Assembly (NCBI GenBank): GCA_943787795.1
Contig: CALSNU010000001.1
Coordinates: 544,001 to 608,000 of the forward strand
Reading direction: 5' to 3'
Length of the DNA: 64,000 nucleotides
Origin: an uncultured bacterium
Lineage (GTDB): Bacteria > Planctomycetota > UBA1135 > GCA-002686595
The translations under genes were made by a program, and so were the position numbers. This document shows, piece by piece, positions 57,489 through 64,000 of the stretch; the first letter of the stretch is position 1; each line of letters begins with the position of its first letter. A model generated the notes under the pieces. That model was not told the DNA's origin. It was given only the letters and a program-made list of their open reading frames with translations, and ran no database searches.

Positions 57489-58970
57489 TCAGGTGAGGCT
57501 CTGGACGAGGCGGTCGAGCGGTGGCCGCGCGCTCGCGATGAGCTCAGGGAGCAGGCGCGGGATGGACCGAGAGAGGCGGGCCGCTCGCCGCGGGCTCCCA
57601 TAGAAGGCGAGCAGAGCGCGTCGCCGGAGCGCCGGGAAGTCATCGTGTTCGTCCCCGTCGCTGGTGGTCCAGGCGGGCCCGAGGTCCACGTCGCGTCCCG
57701 GAAGGAAGGCCGCCGTGTGGGCGGCGGTGTTCTGGGCCCAACGGATCGTGGCAGCCACCTCGCCGGCGGTCTCGGTGGGCAGCCCGAGTCGGAGCTCAAG
57801 GTGGACCAGCGCTCCGCTCGACGCCTGGACTCGCTCGATACCCGCCCCGGCGGCGCGCAGGTCGATGTTGGACTTGAGGAGCCGCTGCAGGCGCCGGGAG
57901 GCCGTCACCGCCTGGATCGGGAAGCGGCGCACTCCCGCGGCGAGGAAGGCCTCGACGACCTCGGGCGTGAGGCCGTCGCCACGGAGCCCCCGCGGAAACT
58001 CGAGCGAGAGCGAGGCTCGCCCCGGAGCGCCGCGCAACCTCGCGACCGCGCGAGCGATCTCGGCTGCGCGCTCTGGGCGTCCATCGAAGCCGTGGTCGGC
58101 GATGAGGATCCGGCGTACGCCCCGGCGATGGACCAGGTCCCGGATCTCCGCGACGACGTCTCGGACGCTGCGGTCCCTGGCGGACGAACCGAAGGACTGG
58201 TGGCAGGTCCGGCAGCCGGGCGCGCAGGCCCGAGAGGTTCGGACGGTGGCCGACCGAAGCGTCCGGCGATTCGACCAGGCCGGCATCAGGATCCCCTTCT
58301 CGCCGCCGCGTGCGGCGTAGCGCTTCAGGTCGACCAGGTCCCACGCGGGGGCGCCTTGCACCCTGGCGGGCGCTGCGGGGGGGCCACTGAGCAGCGTCCC
58401 CGCGGGGCCATGCCAGCGGGCCCCGGGCACACTCGCCCAGCCCTGCTCCGTCGAGGGCCGGCCGTCACCGGCGCGGCGCTCCAGGGCGACCTCGAGGGCC
58501 CGGGGCAGGGTCTCGTCGGCCTCTCCGATCAGGGCCAGATCTGCCGCTCCGGCCGCCAGCACCGAGGCCGCATGGTCCGGGCGGTCGCCCACGAGGGCGA
58601 TCCGAACGGGGCCCTGGCCCGTGTCGAGGCGTCGCCCCACCCCGATCAGGTCGTCGAGGCCTCCCTCGCCGTGGCGGCCCCCCGCCAGCACCAGGGCAGC
58701 GGCTCCGGCGGCGCGGAGGCGATCGGCAACGGCGGCCTCTCCGAGGCGCTCAAGCCCGCGGTCAAGCACCCCGAACCGATCCACCCCGAGCTGCCTGAGG
58801 GCCTCGTCGGAGCGAACGGCGCCTGCGACGCCGAGGAGCTCCGCGGGGGCGAGGGTCGCGCCGTCCCTGGCCTCCTGCGCCGTGGCCGCATCGGTCAAGA
58901 CGAAGGTGACACGGAGGTGCCCGTGCGGATCTTGACCGACCACCTCGGACCCTTGGCGAGCTGCACCCAT
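57489..58970 (-). CDS. B12-binding-like / radical SAM protein (divergent)
   Basis: 'TSRACAPGCRTC' (CxxxCxxC); upstream 'D....GEA..T'; 'RSV..V..EI', 'GLPTET'. Confidence 0.75.
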   Translation of the reverse strand: MGAARQGSEVVGQDPHGHLRVTFVLTDAATAQEARDGATLAPAELLGVAGAVRSDEALRQLGVDRFGVLDRGLERLGEAAVADRLRAAGAAALVLAGGRHGEGGLDDLIGVGRRLDTGQGPVRIALVGDRPDHAASVLAAGAADLALIGEADETLPRALEVALERRAGDGRPSTEQGWASVPGARWHGPAGTLLSGPPAAPARVQGAPAWDLVDLKRYAARGGEKGILMPAWSNRRTLRSATVRTSRACAPGCRTCHQSFGSSARDRSVRDVVAEIRDLVHRRGVRRILIADHGFDGRPERAAEIARAVARLRGAPGRASLSLEFPRGLRGDGLTPEVVEAFLAAGVRRFPIQAVTASRRLQRLLKSNIDLRAAGAGIERVQASSGALVHLELRLGLPTETAGEVAATIRWAQNTAAHTAAFLPGRDVDLGPAWTTSDGDEHDDFPALRRRALLAFYGSPRRAARLSRSIPRLLPELIASARPPLDRLVQSLT

Positions 58971-59045
58971 GGGGTGAGCTTAGGGATCGAGCGGGGGGCG
59001 AAACCAGCCCCGAGCGGGACGACTCTGAAGGACCCCCGTTCGAGC

Positions 59046-60923
59046 TCAGAGACCCGAGTGGTTGATCGCCTCGACGGCGCTTCGAAGTCCGCTCAGTTCG
59101 AACGAAGTCCCGAGCACCATGTCGGCTCCGTCGGCGGCGCTCCAGATCGTGATCTGGGCAGGCTCGTCCTCCGCTCGGCGCCGCATCTCACGGATGGAGA
59201 CTGGCGGCGCCTCCCCCGCGTGGAGGGATCGGAGGTTCGCGATGTCTGCGATGAGTTGGATGACATCCGAGTGGTGAACCTGAACGTCCTCGTAGTCCTC
59301 CACGATCTCGGCAGCCTCCGCGATCCGCCGGTCGACGGGAGCTTCGCTGCTGAACTCTCGGATCCGTTGGACGGTGGCCGGGGTGTCCCCACCAAGGAGG
59401 AGGAGCACGTGGTCACCGGACGTGGCCACTTTCAGGTGGAGCTTCGAGTCGCCGAGGTAGGTCTTGAAGGCCTCTCGCATGGCGGCCCGTCCATCGAAGT
59501 CGATTCGGCGGGTATCGAAGCGGACGGCGTAGTCCTCCACGAGGGTCTCGTCGATGATGCTGCGAACGGGGAGCGCCATCTCGAAGCCCCAGGAGTCCAG
59601 GTCGCACTTTGCGAGCATCAGCGAGATGGCCTCGCGGGTGCGCGCGGGGTCGGAGGAGATGAGATAGACCGCGGCGAAGGCGCGGCTCGGCCCCATCTCG
59701 AAGGAGACCGCGGCGGCGCCCTCGAAGCTCCGCAGCATCTTGAGCAGCGCGGCCTGGATCGCATCCTGGGCGGCGGACCCCATCTCCAGGGTGGGGTGAG
59801 CGAGGTTCCGGGCGTCCGTACCGTGGATCAGCTCGGACTGGCAGATCACGCTCCAGGTGGACTTGAGCTTGGCGAGCACGTCCTCTGGTTCGAACGAGAC
59901 GATCCGGGCGAAGGGGTCCGATCCGTAGACATGCCGGCTGAGACCCTCGAGGACCCGGGACTCGATGTTCGGTCCGGGGTACTGGGCATCGAAGACGTCA
60001 CCACACTCCACGAGGCGAACGTGGGCGGTGACCCGATCGGCCTCCAGCTCCAGGCCGAACGTGACCTCGGCGGAGCCGAGCAGGGTCTCGAAGAGCACCT
60101 CGGGATCGAGCTGCGTGAGCTCGTTGCTCGCCATGTAGGGTCGGGCGATCCGGTACTGTTCGTTGATCTCATCGGTCGCCGACGAGAGGTACGGACCGAG
60201 GATCTCGATCGCGGCCTCGGTGCCCATGCGGCCGCGCATGAAGCCTTGGGGGAGCTTCTTGGTGACCTCGGCTGACCCGCGCGCCTCGGGGGTGGCGGCC
60301 AGGTCCTCGTGCTGGATGAGGAGGTAGTCCCCCGGGCAGCGAGTCGCGGTGAACTGCTCGGCGGCCATGGCCGCGATCGAGCGCACGAGGGGGGCCTCGT
60401 CGGCGGCGGGCAGGATGAGGACGGTGGACAGTTGATCTGTTCCAGGGATCGGGGCGAGGGCCAGCGCGAACGGGTGTGACGCGCTCATCCTCTGCACGTC
60501 GACCCCCGCGCTCAGGAACGGCGTGAGCATGTCCCTGGGCTCCCACTCCACGAGGCCGTCCATGTCGCCCTCTGAGCGGAAGCGGAGCACGGCCTCCTCG
60601 AGAGCGTCCATCGAGGCGAACTCCACGTAGGCCGTGGCTGTGTTCGGCACGAGGTCGACCAGGTTGACCTCCTCTCGCTCGACGTCGAGCACTCCGGTCG
60701 CCTCCCCGGACCCGGTCATCGCGCCGGGGTCGGACGGGCGGGCCTCGGAGGTGATCGGCTGCACGATGGGGGCCGACGAGCTCGTCGTCTGATCGGAGCC
60801 CTCATCGGAGCCACCGCATCCACCCAGGAGCGCGAGCGAGGCGATCGCCGCGCTGAAGGTGGCGAGAGACTTGGCCGGAGGGACGCCGGTCATGTGATTG
60901 GGAGTGGGGATGGGGTTGAGCAT
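59046..60923 (-). CDS. Large lipoprotein of unknown function
   Basis: Lipobox 'LLGGC'; long ORF with typical codon usage; start uncertain (60923 or 60893). Confidence 0.7.
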   Translation of the reverse strand: MLNPIPTPNHMTGVPPAKSLATFSAAIASLALLGGCGGSDEGSDQTTSSSAPIVQPITSEARPSDPGAMTGSGEATGVLDVEREEVNLVDLVPNTATAYVEFASMDALEEAVLRFRSEGDMDGLVEWEPRDMLTPFLSAGVDVQRMSASHPFALALAPIPGTDQLSTVLILPAADEAPLVRSIAAMAAEQFTATRCPGDYLLIQHEDLAATPEARGSAEVTKKLPQGFMRGRMGTEAAIEILGPYLSSATDEINEQYRIARPYMASNELTQLDPEVLFETLLGSAEVTFGLELEADRVTAHVRLVECGDVFDAQYPGPNIESRVLEGLSRHVYGSDPFARIVSFEPEDVLAKLKSTWSVICQSELIHGTDARNLAHPTLEMGSAAQDAIQAALLKMLRSFEGAAAVSFEMGPSRAFAAVYLISSDPARTREAISLMLAKCDLDSWGFEMALPVRSIIDETLVEDYAVRFDTRRIDFDGRAAMREAFKTYLGDSKLHLKVATSGDHVLLLLGGDTPATVQRIREFSSEAPVDRRIAEAAEIVEDYEDVQVHHSDVIQLIADIANLRSLHAGEAPPVSIREMRRRAEDEPAQITIWSAADGADMVLGTSFELSGLRSAVEAINHSGL

Positions 60924-61212
60924 GACGGTTTCAACATGGGTCATCGGGTCGCGATTCGTCGGGACTGAACGCGGACCCAGGGGCCACGCCGTGTGTCCAG
61001 CTATGGGACTCGAGGCGCCCGGGGCCGCCCGGATTCGTCGTGCTGCGGGGCCGGGCAGCCGGGGAGCGGTCTGCGGACCAGCTGGGGCTCCAGGGCCAAG
61101 TGGGGAGCACTCGTGGGGAGCACTCCTGAGGGCACTCCAGGCGCAGTCCTGGCCCTTTCACGGGTGTGGACCGGGGCGTAGGAGGGGGGCGCGGGGCTAT
61201 CGTGGGGCGGTC

Positions 61213-62784
61213 ATGGTGAAGCGCTCCCTCTTGATCCTCTCGGTGCTGATCGCTCAGCCGCCCGAACTACTCCAGGCGGCCTCCGGCTCGCCGGCTCGGC
61301 CCTCAGCTCCGCTCGAGGTGGCTCAGGACCTCGGGAAGCTCGCCGAAGGCCTCGACAGCACGAAGCCGAGGGTCCGGCACGGTGCGGTGGACGCCCTCGC
61401 GGATGTGGGGACCCCCGAGGCGTGGTCCCTGATCCTCGAGCGAGGCCTGAGCGACCCCAACTCGAGGGTCGCGGACTCGGCGCAGCTGCGGCTGGGAGCG
61501 GCGCCCGTCTCGCCTGAGCTCCTCGGCCTCCTCGAGTCGCGCAGCGGCCTCGGATCCCGGAGGGCCATGTGCCGCGTGCGGGTGGCCCAGGCCCTCGGAG
61601 GGATGCCGGGAGAGGTTCCCGCCCGGCTCCTTGAGCGCGCCCTCAAGGATAAGGAGCCGGAGGTGAGATGCGCCCTCGCAGCCGCCGTGGAGCAGCGCTC
61701 GGACTCCGGAGCGGATTCGATCTCCGGCGGAGCCGCGGACATGAAGCGGCTCCTCAAGGCGCTCGACCGGGTAGCGACCCGCGACCGCGACCCGCGGACC
61801 CGATCGGCCGGGTTGCTGGCGCTCGTGGCGTTCTCGGAGGCCCAGGGGATCGGGGAGGAGGAGGCGCAGGGCGCGACCACCGATGCGCTGGCGAGTGACG
61901 ATCCGCTGCTGGTCTCCGCGGCGGTGCATACGGCGGCGGAGCGGCTGAGCGCCGCCGACCTGGAGGGCATCCTCTGGGCGAAGCGGGGCGGGCACGCTTC
62001 GTTCATGGCTGCGGTCACCGCGCTCGAGGGGAGGGCGGATCGCGAGAGCGCGCAGCTCCTCATCCGGCGGCTCGGGGACGAGCAGGCGCCCCTTCGACCC
62101 GCGGCCGCATGGGGCATCGTGCGTGCCCTGCGCGAGATCTCCGGGCTCTCGATCGCAGGCTCTGCGAAGCGCTGGCAGCAGTGGGCCGACGGGCTGGCAG
62201 CGGGCAAGGTCACCCCCGTGGAGCGACGACCGACGACGGATGACGGGCCCACGACCACGGCGCTGTACGGCCTCAAGATCCGCGGCGACCGGGTGGCGTT
62301 CCTGGTCGACATGTCAGGCTCCATGTGGGTGGACCACCAGGGAGCCCCTCGAAAAGAGGCGGTCGACGCCGAGCTCGCCAGGGCCCTGCGAGCGCTGCCG
62401 CCCACCGCCCGCTTTGACCTGGTGCCATACTCGAAGCAACCCGCGCCCTGGCGGGGGGAGCTCGTCGACGCGACGCCCAAGAACGTGGAGCGAGCCGTCA
62501 AGGCCTTCCGCGGTTGCGGGTTGAAGGGGGTCGGGGATCTCTGGGGAGCCCTCGAGTCGGTCCTGGTGGACCCCGAGGTCGACACCGTGGTGATCCTGAC
62601 GGACGGCGCGCCGTCCGGCGGAGACCGATGGAACATCGAGCTGATGGGGCGCCTCCTGGGGGACGAGAAGCGCCTCCGGCACGTGGATCTTCAGATGGTG
62701 CTGTTCGGGTCCAGCAAGGGGCTGAAGCGGCGCTGGATTGAGGTGCTGGACGGCCTGGGCGGTTCGGTCCTGAGCATCGATTGA
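61213..62784 (+). CDS. Secreted HEAT-repeat + vWA domain protein
   Basis: Signal peptide; HEAT-like 'L.D....VR..A..AL' repeats; MIDAS 'DMSGSM' and 'ILTDG.P'. Confidence 0.85.
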   Translation: MVKRSLLILSVLIAQPPELLQAASGSPARPSAPLEVAQDLGKLAEGLDSTKPRVRHGAVDALADVGTPEAWSLILERGLSDPNSRVADSAQLRLGAAPVSPELLGLLESRSGLGSRRAMCRVRVAQALGGMPGEVPARLLERALKDKEPEVRCALAAAVEQRSDSGADSISGGAADMKRLLKALDRVATRDRDPRTRSAGLLALVAFSEAQGIGEEEAQGATTDALASDDPLLVSAAVHTAAERLSAADLEGILWAKRGGHASFMAAVTALEGRADRESAQLLIRRLGDEQAPLRPAAAWGIVRALREISGLSIAGSAKRWQQWADGLAAGKVTPVERRPTTDDGPTTTALYGLKIRGDRVAFLVDMSGSMWVDHQGAPRKEAVDAELARALRALPPTARFDLVPYSKQPAPWRGELVDATPKNVERAVKAFRGCGLKGVGDLWGALESVLVDPEVDTVVILTDGAPSGGDRWNIELMGRLLGDEKRLRHVDLQMVLFGSSKGLKRRWIEVLDGLGGSVLSID

Positions 62785-62929
62785 TCGGGCGGGGACGGAG
62801 CCCGAAAGGGGAGCCCTAGAGAAGAGCTCGTTGGGGCCGAGGTGCGGGTCGAGAGGGGGCTTGATTGGGTCGGTCGCGGGTCCACCGGGGAGCCGCTTCT
62901 GGCAGACTGTTCGCCAACTCCGAACCGTC

Positions 62930-63766
62930 ATGAGCCTCCGAGAAGATCTACAAGCGTCCGCCGAGGACATGCCCCACGGCAAGGTCCGCTACGCCGCCTG
63001 CGAGGGCGTCGCCCTTCTGACCCTCACCAATCCGCCCGCCAACGGCTACTCCTTCGAGATGATGAAGGACCTGGACGAGGCGATCTTGCGGGCCCGCTTT
63101 GACGGGGACGTCCACGCGATCGTTCTCGCCGGTGAAGGCGAGAAGTTCTTCTGCGCGGGTGCCGACATCTCGATGCTCGAGTCGGTGACGCCGACCTTCA
63201 AGTACGCCTTCTGCCTGCACGCCAACGAGACGATGTTGCGGCTTGAGCACACGCCCAAGATCGTCATCGCCGCGCTCGGCGGCCACTGCGTCGGCGGCGG
63301 CCTTGAGATCGCGATGAGCGCGGACCTGCGCTACGCGAGGCGGGGATCCGGCAAGTGTGGCCTGCCGGAGGTCGCGCTCGGTGTGCTCCCCGGCACAGGC
63401 GGGACCCAACGCATGGCCCGGGCGGTGGGGGCCTCCAAGGCCATCGAGCTCATGGCTGCCGGAGCGACTTTCGACTACGACGAGGCCGAGCGCCTCGGCC
63501 TCATCAACGGTCAGCTCGACGCAGCGGATGACGCAGCGTTCCTCGACGACGTCCTGGAGCGAGCTACGGGCTATTGCCCTCCGCACCGAGCACCTATGGC
63601 GGTGGGCCTGATCAAGCGCGCCGTCCAGAGCGGCGTGGACCTGCCCTTGGAGTCCGGGCTCGCCCTCGAGCGCGAGCTCCAGCAGCGGCTCTTCACGTCC
63701 GAGGACGCCAAGGAGGGCATCTCCGCCTTCGTCGAGAAGCGCGGGGCCCAGTTCAAGGGCTCGTGA
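62930..63766 (+). CDS. Enoyl-CoA hydratase/isomerase family protein
   Basis: 'FCAGADI','GHCVGGGLEIA','GLPEV.LG..PG.GGTQR','SEDAKEG..AF.EKR'. Confidence 0.92.
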   Translation: MSLREDLQASAEDMPHGKVRYAACEGVALLTLTNPPANGYSFEMMKDLDEAILRARFDGDVHAIVLAGEGEKFFCAGADISMLESVTPTFKYAFCLHANETMLRLEHTPKIVIAALGGHCVGGGLEIAMSADLRYARRGSGKCGLPEVALGVLPGTGGTQRMARAVGASKAIELMAAGATFDYDEAERLGLINGQLDAADDAAFLDDVLERATGYCPPHRAPMAVGLIKRAVQSGVDLPLESGLALERELQQRLFTSEDAKEGISAFVEKRGAQFKGS

Positions 63767-63768
63767 CC

Positions 63769-64000
63769 ATGCGCGCGGTCCACGTCACGCGCCACGGCGG
63801 CCCGGAGGTCCTCGAGCTTGTGGATCTGCCGGTCCCCGAGCCTGGCCCTGGCGAGGTCCGCGTCAGAGTGGCGGCGATCTCGTTGAACCACCTGGACCTG
63901 TGGGTGCGCCGTGGGATGCCCGGGGTTGAGATCCCGATGCCGCACGTGCCCGGCTGCGACGGTACAGGGACGGTGGACACGCTCGGCCCGGGCACGGAGG
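63769..64000 (+). CDS. Zinc-binding alcohol dehydrogenase / quinone oxidoreductase (MDR) family; partial, runs off the right edge
   Basis: Manual translation: MRAVHVTRHGGPEVLELVDLPVPEPGPGEVRVRVAAISLNHLDLWVRRG...PHVPGCDGTG. Confidence 0.88.
   Translation, partial: MRAVHVTRHGGPEVLELVDLPVPEPGPGEVRVRVAAISLNHLDLWVRRGMPGVEIPMPHVPGCDGTGTVDTLGPGTE

Noticed and set aside
56805..60275. 1156-aa plus-strand ORF
   Set aside because: Antisense shadow of three well-supported minus-strand genes, with no motifs. Typical of high-GC DNA, as are 1909-3828, 7720-9351, 38763-40277 and similar ORFs.
62797..62832. CCC-GAAA-GGG tetraloop hairpin as an ncRNA or riboswitch
   Set aside because: The stem is too short and no recognisable family motif surrounds it.
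1..64000. tRNA-Sec/selABD, rRNA, tRNA, integrase or transposase
   Set aside because: None recognised by eye in this window. The Sec machinery must lie elsewhere if the selenoprotein calls are right.

Overview
High-GC (roughly 70% by eye), gene-dense bacterial chromosomal segment with about 50 genes. I saw no rRNA, tRNA, CRISPR array, integrase or transposase. Gene content (carboxypeptidase-regulatory-like repeat proteins, HEAT-vWA protein, DUF1080 protein, secreted proteins with a shared 'C..NS.G...LC.G...Q.WHRD' C-terminal domain) suggests a Planctomycetota genome, possibly OM190/Saltatorellus-like; this is inference. Housekeeping genes include hutH, a DAHP synthase, a Dus enzyme, a TrmJ-like methyltransferase, pduO, miaE, acyP, pta, atuA, pcp, pyk, an upp-like gene, fdxA, an M3 peptidase and an enoyl-CoA hydratase. 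Main findings: (1) Two selenoprotein genes that the ORF track misses or splits: a secreted UxxC thioredoxin/TlpA protein fused to a DsbD-N-like domain (32679-34340) and a CxxU SelW/Rdx protein (45853-46083). Each in-frame TGA is followed by a hairpin with the same GCC-GGTCT-GG core, read in different codon phases, which is a candidate lineage SECIS. (2) A three-gene MinD/FleN-like ATPase + orphan ParA + large acidic disordered protein with two HhH-like domains (47834-52794), a candidate undescribed positioning system. (3) A shared C-terminal domain on unrelated secreted proteins. (4) A frameshifted TonB-dependent receptor. (5) Several apparent pseudoenzymes.
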